This document shows, in pieces, positions 31,669-41,658 of a DNA stretch of 64,000 nucleotides (position 1 is its first letter; each line of letters starts with the position of its first letter). A program made the position numbers and the translations under genes. The DNA comes from an uncultured Chloroflexia bacterium (GTDB taxonomy: Bacteria; Chloroflexota; Limnocylindria; Limnocylindrales; CSP1-4), in assembly GCA_963768655.1 (NCBI GenBank), contig CAVYIM010000003.1, forward strand, positions 224,001-288,000, given 5' to 3'. The notes under the pieces are model-generated. The model did no database searches, was not told the DNA's origin, and was given only the letters and a program-made list of their open reading frames with translations.

Positions 31669-32922
31669 CTACGCCGAGATCAGGCCGAGCTCCCGGCCCA
31701 CCTTCCCGAAGGCTTCCAGGCAGCGATCGAGCTGCTCGGTCGTGTGCTCGGCCGTGACGATCGTTCGAATTCGGGCCTTGTCGAGCGCGACCGTCGGATA
31801 GACGACCGCCTGGGCGAAGACGCCTTCCTCGAACAGGCGCTGGCTGAAGCGCTGCGCTCGAGCCGAGTCGCCCATCATCACCGGCGTGATGGGCGTCTCC
31901 GAGGCGCCCGTGTCGAAGCCGAGCTCGCGCAGCTCGCCCTTGAAGTAGATCGTGTTCGCCCATAGATGATCGATCAGCTCGGGCTCCTCCAGCAGGACGT
32001 GGATCGCGGCCACGCACGCGGCCGCCACGGCCGGCGGATGGGAAGTGGAGAAGAGGAACGGCCGGGACCGCTGAATCAGCATGTCGCGCAGGGCCTGGCT
32101 CCCGGCGACGTAGCCGCCCAGCACGCCCAGCGCCTTGCTCAACGTCCCGACCTGGATGTGGACCCGGCCGTGGAGGCCGAAATGATCCACCGTCCCGCGG
32201 CCGTTCTTGCCGAGCACGCCCGAGGCATGGGCGTCGTCGACCATGACCGCGGCGCCGAACTCCTCGGCCGCGGCGACGATCTCGGGCAGCGGCGCGATGT
32301 CGCCATCCATGCTGAACACGCCGTCGGTCACGACGAGGATCAGGCGATACGGCGCCCCGTCCGCATCCGCGCGGCCCTTCGCCCGGGCCTCGCGCAGCAG
32401 CTCGCGCAGGGCCGCCGTGTCCTTGTGCGGGAAGACGACGCGCGGCGCCTTGCTCATGCGCATGCCGTCGATGATCGAGGCGTGGTTGAGCGCGTCCGAG
32501 ACGATCAGGTCCTGCTCGCCGGCCACGACCGGGATCACGCCCGAGTTGGCAGTGAAGCCCGACTGGAACGTCAGGACCGCCTCCGTGTGCTTGAACTCGG
32601 CCAGCTCCGTCTCGAGGCGCTCGTGGATGGTCATGTTGCCGGCGATCGTCCGGACCGCGCCGGACCCGGTGCCGAAGTCGCGCGTCGCCTCGATTGCGGC
32701 CTGCTTCAGCTTGGAGTGCGTGGCGAGGCCCAGGTAGTTGTTCGAGGAGAGGCTGATCAGCTCCTTGCCGTCGACCACGACCTCCGCCGCCTGGGGCGAG
32801 CTCAGCACCCGCATCGGCCGGTAGAGGTTCTGGCGCTTCAGCTCCTCGATCTCGTCGGCGAGAAAGCCGAGTGGGTCTGACTTCGGGCCGCCCGCGGTCG
32901 CCTTCGAACTCTCGGTTGTCAT
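31669..32922 (-). CDS. kbl: Glycine C-acetyltransferase (2-amino-3-ketobutyrate CoA ligase)
   Basis: [39 protein letters not shown]; adjacent to tdh. Confidence 0.9.
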   Translation of the reverse strand: MTTESSKATAGGPKSDPLGFLADEIEELKRQNLYRPMRVLSSPQAAEVVVDGKELISLSSNNYLGLATHSKLKQAAIEATRDFGTGSGAVRTIAGNMTIHERLETELAEFKHTEAVLTFQSGFTANSGVIPVVAGEQDLIVSDALNHASIIDGMRMSKAPRVVFPHKDTAALRELLREARAKGRADADGAPYRLILVVTDGVFSMDGDIAPLPEIVAAAEEFGAAVMVDDAHASGVLGKNGRGTVDHFGLHGRVHIQVGTLSKALGVLGGYVAGSQALRDMLIQRSRPFLFSTSHPPAVAAACVAAIHVLLEEPELIDHLWANTIYFKGELRELGFDTGASETPITPVMMGDSARAQRFSQRLFEEGVFAQAVVYPTVALDKARIRTIVTAEHTTEQLDRCLEAFGKVGRELGLISA

Positions 32923-32926
32923 CGAA

Positions 32927-34030
32927 TCAAGCCTCCTGCGGCAGGAGAACCACCTTGCCCGCGACGCCCTCAGCGAGAAGTTCGAAGGCGTCGGCAAAGC
33001 GGCTGAGCGGGAGCCTGTCGGTGATGATCGGCTCGACGTCTAGCCCCTCGCGCAGCAGCGCCGCGGTCTTGTACCAGGTCCGCCACAGCTCGCGGCCCGT
33101 GATGCCGTAGACCCGGACGCCGCGGAAGATGATGTCGTCGTTCAGGTTCAGCGTGACGGGCCGCGACGGCAGGCCGAGCAGCGAGACTCGGCCGCCGTTC
33201 GTGCACACCTCGAAGGCCTGGTGGATCGCCGACTCGGCGCCGCTCATCTCCAGCACTACGTCCACGCCGGTGCCGCCGGTCTCACGCCGGATCTCGGCCA
33301 CGACGTCGCCGGTTGCGTCGAGGACGCAGTCCGAGCCCATGCGCGCGGCCATCTCGCGCCGGTGCGGCATCACGTCCGTGGCGAAGACCCGCGACGCGCC
33401 GGCGAAGCGGCAGATCGCCACCGCCATCAGCCCGATCGGCCCGCAGCCCAATACCGCGACGCTGGACGTGGTGATGTCCTCCACGAACGTGGCGAAGACG
33501 GCGTTGCCCATGGGCTCCTGGAGGGCGGCGATTTCGGGGGTCAGCCCCTCGGAGGGCCAGGCGTTGCGCTCGGGCAGGCACATGTACTCGGCGAAGGCGC
33601 CGTCGGCGTCCACACCCAGGATTCGAAGGTTGGCGCAGACGTGCTCGCGGCCGGTCCGGCACTGGTAGCACGTCCAGTCGACGAGATGCGTCTCGGCCGC
33701 GACTCTCGTGCCGAGTGGCACCGCGCCGGTGCCGGGGCCGTGGGCCACCACCCGGCCCGCCATTTCGTGGCCGAAGATGCGCGGCAGGTACTTTCCGAGC
33801 CGGCTCTGGGCCCACGGATCCCAGCGGTAGATGTGGAGGTCGGTGCCGCAGAGGGAGACGGCCTCCAGGCGGATCAGCACCTCCCCGGGGCCGGGGCGGG
33901 GGACGGGCACCTCGCGCAGCTCCGCGCCTTCTTCGGGCCGGGCCTTCACGAGCGCCCGCATCGTCCTTGGGATGCGGAGATCGATCGAAGTGGCGGCGGC
34001 GATCGCGGCGGTGGAGCCGGGTTCGCTCAT
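32927..34030 (-). CDS. tdh: L-threonine 3-dehydrogenase
   Basis: [41 protein letters not shown]. Confidence 0.92.
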   Translation of the reverse strand: MSEPGSTAAIAAATSIDLRIPRTMRALVKARPEEGAELREVPVPRPGPGEVLIRLEAVSLCGTDLHIYRWDPWAQSRLGKYLPRIFGHEMAGRVVAHGPGTGAVPLGTRVAAETHLVDWTCYQCRTGREHVCANLRILGVDADGAFAEYMCLPERNAWPSEGLTPEIAALQEPMGNAVFATFVEDITTSSVAVLGCGPIGLMAVAICRFAGASRVFATDVMPHRREMAARMGSDCVLDATGDVVAEIRRETGGTGVDVVLEMSGAESAIHQAFEVCTNGGRVSLLGLPSRPVTLNLNDDIIFRGVRVYGITGRELWRTWYKTAALLREGLDVEPIITDRLPLSRFADAFELLAEGVAGKVVLLPQEA

Positions 34031-35151
34031 TGCTTGCCACCGCCGCGGTTTCGGCCCAGGTCCGGCGCGTCTCCGCCGGGCTCGCCGGTGGCAGAGTCGC
34101 CGGCCCTCGCGGGTCGCTCGGCGATGAACCGCGCCGCCGGAGATACCTCCGGGACGTTCCCATCCGCGTCGGTGATCGGGTTGGTCAGCGCGCCGATCCG
34201 TTCGACCTCGATCCTCACCAGATCGCCTGGCTCCAGGAAGACCGGCGGCTCGCGGAAGACCCCGACGCCGCTGGGCGTGCCGGTGACGATGACGTCGCCC
34301 GGGTCGAGTGTCACTTCCTGGCTGATGATAGAGATGAGGTCGGCGACGCCGAACAACAGGTCGGATGTGTTGCCATCCTGCATCTGGAAGGAGCGGCCGG
34401 CGTCCGGGCCAGCGGCCGCGGTGCGCCAGCTTCGGACGCGGAGGCCGCGGCCGTCGCCGAGCTCGTCCGCGGTGACCAGCACCGGCCCGAGCGGCAGGAA
34501 CGTGTCCGAACTCTTGGCCCGCAGCCACTGACCGTCGCCCTTCTCGCCCGGCCGGAGCGCCTTCGCCTGGCCCTGCCAGTCGCGCGCGGTCACGTCGTTC
34601 GCGGTCGTGTACCCGGCCACGTGGTTTAGGCCGTCCGCCGGAGCGACGCGGCTCGCCCGCCGCCCGATCACGACCGCCAGCTCGGCCTCGAGGTCGAGGG
34701 CATGGGTGCCGCCCGGTCGCCGGATAGGTTCGCCGTCGGCGGTCACTGCGTTGGCGAACATCGAGAACAGGACCGGCCGAACCGGCGTCTCGAGCCCCTG
34801 CTCGCGGATGTGGTCCAGGTAGTTGTAGCCGACCCCGATCACCTTGCCGGGGCGCGGGATCGGCGCCCTCATCCGGACCTCCGTTGGCGAGAGCGAGGCG
34901 GCCTCGAGCAGGTTCTGGTTCGCCTGCGCGAGCGCCTGACGAATCCGGCCGAAGTCGGGGTCGCGGGCGATGATCTCCGCCAGCGCCATACGGCCGAAGT
35001 TGGCGTCCAGCTTCGGCGTGATGTGCGCGAGCGCGCTGAGAGGCACGAGGCGGGCGCTGTCCAGGACCACGGCCACCCGATCGTCCGGCGTCCGATGATC
35101 CGGAGCCCCGGCCTCGCCCCCAGCCTCGGGATGGAACGTCACCAGTCGCAT
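34027..35151 (-). CDS. Fumarylacetoacetate hydrolase family protein
   Basis: GKVIGVGYNYLDH, DLEAELAVVIG, NDVTARD, KSSDTFLPLGP, TGTPSGVG. Confidence 0.92.
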   Translation of the reverse strand: MRLVTFHPEAGGEAGAPDHRTPDDRVAVVLDSARLVPLSALAHITPKLDANFGRMALAEIIARDPDFGRIRQALAQANQNLLEAASLSPTEVRMRAPIPRPGKVIGVGYNYLDHIREQGLETPVRPVLFSMFANAVTADGEPIRRPGGTHALDLEAELAVVIGRRASRVAPADGLNHVAGYTTANDVTARDWQGQAKALRPGEKGDGQWLRAKSSDTFLPLGPVLVTADELGDGRGLRVRSWRTAAAGPDAGRSFQMQDGNTSDLLFGVADLISIISQEVTLDPGDVIVTGTPSGVGVFREPPVFLEPGDLVRIEVERIGALTNPITDADGNVPEVSPAARFIAERPARAGDSATGEPGGDAPDLGRNRGGGKQ

Positions 35152-35254
35152 GGCGGACCTCCAGCTCGGCCGTCTCAACGAATCGGAATCCCGGTCGTCG
35201 AGCGCGCGCCCATTCTCCCACGGGTGCGATGCGGGGATCTGTGGCGTGGGGCGT

Positions 35255-35428
35255 GGCCGTCGGACCGCGGACTCCGGCGAGGTGGGGCGGCGCGCGGCGG
35301 GGCGCGGCGCGGGGTGCGAGGTGCGAGGTGTGGGGCCGTCGGACCGCGGACCCCGGCGAACCCCGGCAGGGCGTGGCAGGGCGCGCCAGGGCGTGGCAGG
35401 GCGCGCCAGGGCGTGGCAGGGCGCGGCA
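35255..35428. repeat. Intergenic repeats: 26-bp direct repeat (35255-35280, 35334-35359) and 10-bp tandem array (35365-35428)
   Basis: ggccgtcggaccgcggaYcYccggcga-like unit twice (1 mismatch); alternating gcgtggcagg/gcgcgccagg units. Confidence 0.85.
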
Positions 35429-35829
35429 AGCAGGGTCGAAGTCGAGCCTGATCGGATCGGCGCACAGATCTGACTTCGAACCGGGCGCGCGACGCCGGCT
35501 GCTCGCCCGGTGAGCACATCCGACGCGAGGCCGCCGCGGACGGCACCGATGACGTCGAATCTGCTCACCCCGTGGTCCGGCCCGACGAACGGCAGCTCCC
35601 TCGGGCGGGAATCGACCCATCGCGGCCGAATCTGTTCATCCGGCTGGGCCAATTCGACAGGACAGAGCGAGCCTCGGCTGCTGCCGCGTCCTACATGCTC
35701 ACCGGGTGAGCAGTCGCGATGCAAATCTTGCCGTCCGGTCGAATCGGCCCAGCCGGTTGGACAGGATCGACCGCTGCCGGCCCGCGCGGACGTCCCCGCG
35801 CGCCGCCCGCGCCCGCCCCGCGCCCGGCC

Positions 35830-35865
35830 GCAACGTTTGACAGCGGCTCAGCCCGCGTCTAGCGT
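35830..35865 (+). promoter_or_regulatory. Sigma70-type promoter of the LacI gene with overlapping AACGTT operator-like core
   Basis: TTGACA 35837-35842, 17-nt spacer, TAGCGT 35860-35865; gcaacgtttg overlaps the -35. Confidence 0.6.
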
Positions 35866-35881
35866 GCCGAGCGCCGGCGCA

Positions 35882-35947
35882 CGAGACGGACGAGCGCCGC
35901 GATACGGCCGGGCGCCACGAGACGGCCGGGCGCCACGAGACGGCCGG
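35882..35947. repeat. 18-bp tandem repeat (~3.7 copies, cgagacggccgggcgcca) in the LacI leader
   Basis: Read directly from the sequence. Confidence 0.85.
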
Positions 35948-35983
35948 CGCAGATTCCGGGCCCAAGAGATCTGTGGAGGACGC

Positions 35984-37096
35984 GTGGTGGCGAGGACGAG
36001 GCGAGCCCGCATCGCCGATGTGGCTCTCGAAGCCGGCGTCTCCAAGACCGCCGTTTCTTTCGCCTTCAACAGCCCGGAGCGTCTCAGCTCCGCGACAGCC
36101 GCCCGGATCCGTGAAGTGGCGGACGCTCTCGGCTACCGGCCCCATCCCGTGGCCCGGATGCTGACCCAGAAGAACACCATGACCATCGGCCTGCTCACCC
36201 CGCAGGTCCTCTCCGTCGTCTTCGCCAATCCGTTCTACGCCACGCTGTGCGGGGGAGTGGCCGCCGTCACCGACCAGGCCGGGTACGGGCTGCTCTTCGT
36301 GTCGCCGCTCCACGGGTCGCTGGTGCGGGCCCTCGGCCGGGCCGCCGTCGAGGGTTTCGTGGCCGTCGGCCTCTCCGAGGACCACCCCGAGGTCGAGCAG
36401 ATTCGCCGCGCCGGCGTCCCGATGGTCCTCGTCGACGGCGATGCCTTCCCGGAGCACGGCTCGGTCGAGTCGAACGACGAGGTTGGCGCCCGGGCCGCGG
36501 CCCGCCATCTCCTCGGCCTCGGCCACCGCGAGTTCGTGATCGTCGGCATCGAGCCGCCGAACATGCCCGACCTCTTCGAGTACGCCCCGGGCCCCACCGA
36601 GACCGTCGCGTCGCGCCGGTTGACTGGCTACCGCCAGGGTCTCGAACTCGGCGGCATCCTGGTCGCCGACGAGCGAGTCGTCGTCGGGCCGGCGACGTTC
36701 GACGGCGGAGTGGCCGCCTTCCGCCGCATCTGGGAGGACGAGCTGCGGCCCACGGCTGTCCTGGCGATGAGCGACATCATGGCGATCGGCGTGATCTGGG
36801 CCGCGCGGGAGGTCGGCCTGCGCGTGCCCGAGGACCTGAGCGTCGTCGGCTTCGACGACCTGGACGTCGCGTCCCACGCCAGCCCGCCGCTGACCACCGT
36901 GCACCAGCCGATCCGCCAGAAGGGCGAGGAGTCGGCCAAACTGCTGCTGCGGATGATCGCCAGTCCTGACGCCGAGCGACCCGAGCACCGGGTCCTGGAG
37001 ACGCGGCTGATCATTCGCGCCTCGACCGCCCCGGCGCCTGGGCCGGAGCGCGCTCCGGCGCCTGGCCCATCCGGGCGCAGCCGGCGGGAAGACTGA
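35984..37096 (+). CDS. LacI family transcriptional regulator
   Basis: RIADVALEAGVSKTAVSFAFN HTH, VPEDLSVVGFDD, PPLTTVHQP; GTG after GGAGGA. Confidence 0.95.
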   Translation: MVARTRRARIADVALEAGVSKTAVSFAFNSPERLSSATAARIREVADALGYRPHPVARMLTQKNTMTIGLLTPQVLSVVFANPFYATLCGGVAAVTDQAGYGLLFVSPLHGSLVRALGRAAVEGFVAVGLSEDHPEVEQIRRAGVPMVLVDGDAFPEHGSVESNDEVGARAAARHLLGLGHREFVIVGIEPPNMPDLFEYAPGPTETVASRRLTGYRQGLELGGILVADERVVVGPATFDGGVAAFRRIWEDELRPTAVLAMSDIMAIGVIWAAREVGLRVPEDLSVVGFDDLDVASHASPPLTTVHQPIRQKGEESAKLLLRMIASPDAERPEHRVLETRLIIRASTAPAPGPERAPAPGPSGRSRRED

Positions 37097-37097
37097 G

Positions 37098-38816
37098 TTG
37101 GCCGCTGCCAGGCCCGCCTCGGGCCTCGACTGGGTCCGCGACGCCGTCTTCTACCAGATCTTCGTCGACCGCTTCGCCGCCAGCGCCCGCGTCCCCAAAC
37201 CCGGGGCGATGGAACCGTGGGATGCCCCGCCTACGACGCACGGCTTCAAGGGCGGCGACCTGCTCGGCATCGCGGAGCATCTGGACGACCTCCAGACTCT
37301 CGGCGTGACCGCGCTCTACCTCACGCCGGTCTTCGCCTCCGCCTCGAACCACCGCTACCACACCTTCGACTATGAGAACGTGGATCCGCTCCTGGGCGGC
37401 AACGCGGCCCTCCGCGAACTGCTGGACGAGGCCCACGCCCGCGGTATGCGCGTCATCCTCGACGGCGTCTTCAACCACGCCAGCCGCGGCTTCTGGCCGT
37501 TCCACCACATCCTGGAGAACGGCACTCACTCGCCCTACCGCGACTGGTTCCACCTGGACGCCGACGTCCTGGCCGGCCGCCGCGGCCTGACGGCCTACCC
37601 GGGCCACGCCGACCGCCACGCCAGCCTCGGCTACCGGGCCTGGTGGGACCTGCCGGCGCTGCCCAAGCTGAACCACTCCAACCCGGCCGTGCGCGAGTAC
37701 ATCTACGGCGTCGCCGAGCGTTGGCTCCGCTTCGGCATCGACGGCTGGCGGCTGGACGTGCCGGCGGAGATCGAGGAGCCCGGCTTCTGGGAGGAGTTCC
37801 GGCGCCGCTCTCTGGCGGTCAACCCCGAGGCGTATCTGGTCGGCGAGATCTGGAATCCGGCCCCGGAATGGCTGATCGGTGGGGCACGCAGCGCGCCGCC
37901 GAGCGACCCCGCCGAGCCGCCGAGCGACCCCGCCGAGCCGCCGAGCGACCCCGCCGAGCCGCCGAGCGGGCGCGCCGCGGGCCGCTTCCACGGCCTCATG
38001 AACTACCCGCTGGCCGAGGCGATCCTCTCGTTCGTCGGCGCGGGCCGCCTCGACGCGGAGCTGGTCTCGAAGACCCACGAGTACGCCCGGCACGTCCGCC
38101 CGATCGACGGACCGGAGTTCGGACGCCAGCTCGAGGGAGTCATGACGACCTACGAGCCGGCGGTCAGCCAGCTCCAGCTGAACCTGCTCGACAGCCACGA
38201 CACGCCACGCTTCCTCTCTCTGGCGGGCGGCGACCGGTCGGCGCTGCGCCTTGCGACGCTGATCCAGATGACGCTCCCCGGCGCGCCGTGCATCTACTAC
38301 GGCGACGAGATCGGCCTCGAAGGGCGCGAAGATCCGGACTGCCGGCGCTCCTACCCCTGGGATCAGGCGCGGCAGGACAGCCGGTTTCGTGCTTTCATCG
38401 CCGGCCTGATCGCGCTGCGAGCGTCCGAGCCTGCGCTGCGGCGCGGACGCTTTCGGGCGCTGGAGGCCGAAGGGTCGGCCGTCGTCTACGCGCTCGACTT
38501 CGAAGATTTCGAGGACGGCGAAGGTAAAAGCTCGCGCGGTGCCCGGGGTTCGGACGTCGGCCGCCCGACTGCCGGCCGCCCGGTCGAGAGCCGCCCGGTC
38601 GGCCGTTCGATCATCGTCGCCGTCAACGCCGCCGACGTCCCCAATCGAATCCGTTTCCGGGCCCCGTGCCCGACAGGATTCCGAGTGGAGCAGGTAAGCT
38701 GGCCCGGCAACGAATGGACCGCCGCCACGGTCCCGACGACGCTCCACGACGAGATCCTCGAAATTGGCATGGAGGCTCGGACTGGAGTGATTCTCAGAAC
38801 CGGCCCGAACCTCTAG
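37098..38816 (+). CDS. GH13 neopullulanase/cyclomaltodextrinase-like glycosidase
   Basis: YQIFVDRF, DGVFNH, DGWRLDV, VGEIW, LDSHD, IYYGDE. Confidence 0.92.
   Translation: MAAARPASGLDWVRDAVFYQIFVDRFAASARVPKPGAMEPWDAPPTTHGFKGGDLLGIAEHLDDLQTLGVTALYLTPVFASASNHRYHTFDYENVDPLLGGNAALRELLDEAHARGMRVILDGVFNHASRGFWPFHHILENGTHSPYRDWFHLDADVLAGRRGLTAYPGHADRHASLGYRAWWDLPALPKLNHSNPAVREYIYGVAERWLRFGIDGWRLDVPAEIEEPGFWEEFRRRSLAVNPEAYLVGEIWNPAPEWLIGGARSAPPSDPAEPPSDPAEPPSDPAEPPSGRAAGRFHGLMNYPLAEAILSFVGAGRLDAELVSKTHEYARHVRPIDGPEFGRQLEGVMTTYEPAVSQLQLNLLDSHDTPRFLSLAGGDRSALRLATLIQMTLPGAPCIYYGDEIGLEGREDPDCRRSYPWDQARQDSRFRAFIAGLIALRASEPALRRGRFRALEAEGSAVVYALDFEDFEDGEGKSSRGARGSDVGRPTAGRPVESRPVGRSIIVAVNAADVPNRIRFRAPCPTGFRVEQVSWPGNEWTAATVPTTLHDEILEIGMEARTGVILRTGPNL
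37895..37968 (+). repeat. In-frame 21-bp tandem repeat (PPSDPAE x3.5) inside the GH13 gene
   Basis: gccgccgagcgaccccgccga repeated. Confidence 0.9.
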
Positions 38817-38837
38817 GAGGATCGGACAGGAGGCTCG

Positions 38838-39620
38838 ATGCCTGATCTCTCGATCGCGCTGCCGTCCGGCGCGTTGGAGGAAGCCTTCCTCCGGATCGTG
38901 GATCCGGAAGGCAAGCTGCCCGCGGCTCTCGAGGCGCTCGGTCCCGTCATCGATCGCGACGTCGTAGTCCTGGATTGCGGCCACGGATTCCGCGCCCGCC
39001 AGCTGGCCGACATGGGCGCCCGAGTGGCCGCGTTCGAGTTCCCGCTGGCCGGCGCCGCCTCGGAGGAGCTCGCCGGCTGGGTCGGCCGAGCGGATGCCGT
39101 TGTCGTCCCGTGGTCGGAGATGGCCGCCCCCGGCTCGCGGTTCATCGCCGAAGCGGGCACCCTGCTGCGGCCCGGCGGCCGGCTCCTCGTCATCCACGAC
39201 TACGGCCGCGACGACGTGTGGCGTCTGCTGCCGGAGCTCCGTGAGCGCGACGTGGCGTGGAGTCAGCGCCGCGGCCCGTTCCTGGGCGATGGGTTCCGGA
39301 TTCGCGTCATCCACTGCTGGTGGGCCTTCGAGTCGATGGACCAGGCCCACGAGCTGTTGAGCGCTGCCTTCGGTTCGGTCGGCGCGGAGACGGCCGAGGG
39401 GATGAAGCGGCTGCGCCTCGAGTACTCTGTCGCGATCTACCACCGCTCGGCGCCGGGCGGCCTTGTGGGCGATGGGCGCGTCGCGGCCGAGGCGGACGCT
39501 GCAGGCGCGGCCGACACGGCGGGCGCGGCCGGGGCCGATGGAGCCGCCGGGGCCGATGGAGCCGCCGGGGCAGATGGCGCCGCCGCTGCGGTCGGCCTGG
39601 TACCCTCGCTGGCACGATGA
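38838..39620 (+). CDS. Class I SAM-dependent methyltransferase-like protein
   Basis: VVLDCGHG motif-I-like and LLRPGGRL; C-terminal 18-bp repeats (39528-39581). Confidence 0.6.
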   Translation: MPDLSIALPSGALEEAFLRIVDPEGKLPAALEALGPVIDRDVVVLDCGHGFRARQLADMGARVAAFEFPLAGAASEELAGWVGRADAVVVPWSEMAAPGSRFIAEAGTLLRPGGRLLVIHDYGRDDVWRLLPELRERDVAWSQRRGPFLGDGFRIRVIHCWWAFESMDQAHELLSAAFGSVGAETAEGMKRLRLEYSVAIYHRSAPGGLVGDGRVAAEADAAGAADTAGAAGADGAAGADGAAGADGAAAAVGLVPSLAR

Positions 39621-40330
39621 CAGAAGACGGAGTCGGGGCCGGCGGATTGCCGGGTGTTCCCGAGCCGGGCGACTCGCAGCAGCCCGACGTCGCACCGAAT
39701 GCCACTCGGTGGCAGCCCACCGACTGGCTGGCGCCCGCGCCGGCAGTCGAACCCGCGGCACCGGCCGAGCCCGCGCCGGCAGTCGAGCCCGCGCCGGCAG
39801 CCGAACCCGCGGCACCGGCCGAGCCCGAGCCGGCGCCTTTCGGGTCGCCCGCGGCAGTGGTCGCGCCCGCCGAGCCGCTTTCGCCCGCGCCCCTCGCCGA
39901 CGCGACCAGCTCCGACGGCTCGGTAGCCGATGAACCCCTCGCCAAAGAGCGGCCAGAGGACGCCGAGCCGCACGAGACGCGTCCGAGACTCTCGCTCGCC
40001 GAATACCTCGACTCTCTGGCCGAGCGTCTCCGGAGGACGCCGCCGGCGCTCGTCATCCTCACACTCGCCACGGTGGGCTCGACCGGGTTCCTCGCCTACG
40101 AGCTGGCGAGCCGGACCGCCCCGATTGCGCTCCTGAGCTCCGCCGCGGCCGTGACGGGTTTGTGCTACGTCGCAACGACGATCGTCTGCGCCCTCGCCGC
40201 CTACCGGGCTGGTTCCGAGGGCCGCACCTGGCGAGCACTCCTCCTGGCGTTCATCGGCGGCAGTGCTGCGATCGTCGCGGCCATGTCCTTCGCCGCCGGC
40301 CTCGTGCTGGTCCTCGCGCTCGGCTTGTAG
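39617..40330 (+). CDS. Hypothetical membrane protein with PAPAVE repeats
   Basis: ATGA overlap with upstream gene; 18-bp repeats at ~39733-39837; three C-terminal TM helices. Confidence 0.65.
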   Translation: MTEDGVGAGGLPGVPEPGDSQQPDVAPNATRWQPTDWLAPAPAVEPAAPAEPAPAVEPAPAAEPAAPAEPEPAPFGSPAAVVAPAEPLSPAPLADATSSDGSVADEPLAKERPEDAEPHETRPRLSLAEYLDSLAERLRRTPPALVILTLATVGSTGFLAYELASRTAPIALLSSAAAVTGLCYVATTIVCALAAYRAGSEGRTWRALLLAFIGGSAAIVAAMSFAAGLVLVLALGL

Positions 40331-40683
40331 ACCCACCTTCTCTCCGGCCGGTCCGTCGCCCAGGTCCCGATACCCCGCATCGCCGCGCCTGCCGCTATCC
40401 CCTAACACGCATCGGGTGAGTACTGAGCATCGCGTCCGCTCACGGGCTTTGGCCGTGCCGCCAAGGATTGCCGCTGCGGCCTCCAGATGAGGCAATTCGG
40501 GCCCGCCAGTGCACGCCCGGACCCATTTGGGCCCGCTGCCTCCCCGAAACTCAGCCCGTCCCGCCCCGAGCCGGCCCACACTCCCACTTTGTACTCGCGC
40601 CATGCGTATTGAGGAGGAACGTCAGCGGCGCTTCACCGTTGCCCGCGCCTCCCCGGCTCCCGCCCCGCGCTCGCCGCCTCCCC

Positions 40684-40692
40684 TGCTACACT
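40684..40692 (+). promoter_or_regulatory. Extended -10 promoter element of the tRNA gene
   Basis: TGcTACACT ending 14 nt upstream of the tRNA 5' end. Confidence 0.5.
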
Positions 40693-40706
40693 CCCGTTCG
40701 CGCCGC

Positions 40707-40783
40707 GCCCCCATCGTCTAGAGGCCTAGGACACGACCCTTTCAAGGTTGAGATCAGCGGTTCGAATCCGCTTGGGGGTACCA
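40707..40783 (+). tRNA. tRNA-Glu (anticodon TTC)
   Basis: Acceptor stem GCCCCCA/TGGGGGT, anticodon arm CGACC-CTTTCAA-GGTTG, T-loop GGTTCGAATCC, encoded CCA. Confidence 0.95.
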
Positions 40784-41502
40784 AGCCCGCGCTCGGCGCA
40801 TCGACCCTGGATCTGCCCCTTCCTGCCCGCGCGTCCTTCAGCGTGAGATCAGGGCTCCAAGCCCGGTGACGTTGCCGATCTCGACGCGCCGGGGCTCTCC
40901 GTGGGGACACGGGCACCCCAGGCAGGCTCTCCATCGCCCTGGCGTAGTACGCGAGCCCGCAGAACGAGCCCCTTGGGGCACCAGCCGCAGATTCGACGCA
41001 CTACACTCGCAACTCTCGGAGCCTGGAGGGAGGGAACGTCGATGGCCCGGCTCGTGTTCGTGGTCCTGATCGCGATCAGTCTCGCTGGGTGCGGCAGTAG
41101 TGGAGTGCCGACCCGCACTCCCTACCCGCTGCCGTCTGGAGCGCTTGCTGTCGCCCTGCCGACGCAGCCGCCCGCCACGACCCCTATTCCATCGGGCGGT
41201 TTTGCGTGTCCGCTCGTTGGCCCCGACCACGTCGCAGTCGTCTGGGACAGGGCGGCACACGCGATCTCGTTCACCTTCGATCTCTGGGGCGAGAACGCAC
41301 AGGCGACGACGATCCTCTGGCCGCGCGGCTTCTCCGCCCGCGAGTACAAAGGACGGCTTGAACTCGTGGCGCCTGACGGCTCGGTCGTCGCCCGCGACGG
41401 CGAGGCCGTCCCGAACGTGATCGGCGACGACCCAGCACACGTTTGCATGGTCGATGGCGTGCTGTACCAACCGGCGGGCTGAGAGGGCAAGGCGCACTGC
41501 CG
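40768..41502 (+). repeat. Direct repeat copy 1 (~735 bp), beginning with the last 16 nt of tRNA-Glu
   Basis: Near-identical to 42472-43209. Confidence 0.95.
41042..41482 (+). CDS. Small lipoprotein, copy 1
   Basis: RBS GGAGGGAGGG, lipobox SLAGC, WPRGFSAR...VVARDGE domain. Confidence 0.75.
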   Translation: MARLVFVVLIAISLAGCGSSGVPTRTPYPLPSGALAVALPTQPPATTPIPSGGFACPLVGPDHVAVVWDRAAHAISFTFDLWGENAQATTILWPRGFSAREYKGRLELVAPDGSVVARDGEAVPNVIGDDPAHVCMVDGVLYQPAG

Positions 41503-41572
41503 GGGCAGCAACTGGACTGCCTCACGAAGGCAGCGCCATCGCCTGCGCATAGAAGATGAGCGCGCCGCTACA

Positions 41573-41594
41573 CGTTGGTGGGTGCACCCTCAAG
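41573..41594. repeat. 22-bp direct repeat, copy 1 (cgttggtgggtgcaccctcaag)
   Basis: Identical to 42449-42470; palindromic core GGGTGCACCC. Confidence 0.9.
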
Positions 41595-41658
41595 CCCATG
41601 GTGTCCCCTGATCTCGGCGCGACGGGGTCGTCTGCCCCGAACACCTGGCCGGTCAGAG

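Noticed and set aside
32927-35724. Apparent 897-aa tdh fusion and extended FAH N-terminus in the ORF track
   Set aside because: Extensions are stop-free GC-rich frames; ATGs at 34030 and 35151 give normal-sized proteins
35255-35947. CRISPR-like array
   Set aside because: Repeats are tandem or only two copies, with no unique spacers and no cas genes
1032-39815. Many long antisense or alternative-frame ORFs (e.g. 1032-2426, 13314-14894, 25331-26977, 37011-39815)
   Set aside because: Shadows of real genes in high-GC DNA; Arg/Gly/Pro-rich with no motifs
40908-40983. Second tRNA-like gene ending in GGGGCACCA
   Set aside because: An acceptor-like stem exists but there is no T-loop or anticodon arm; treated as an att scar
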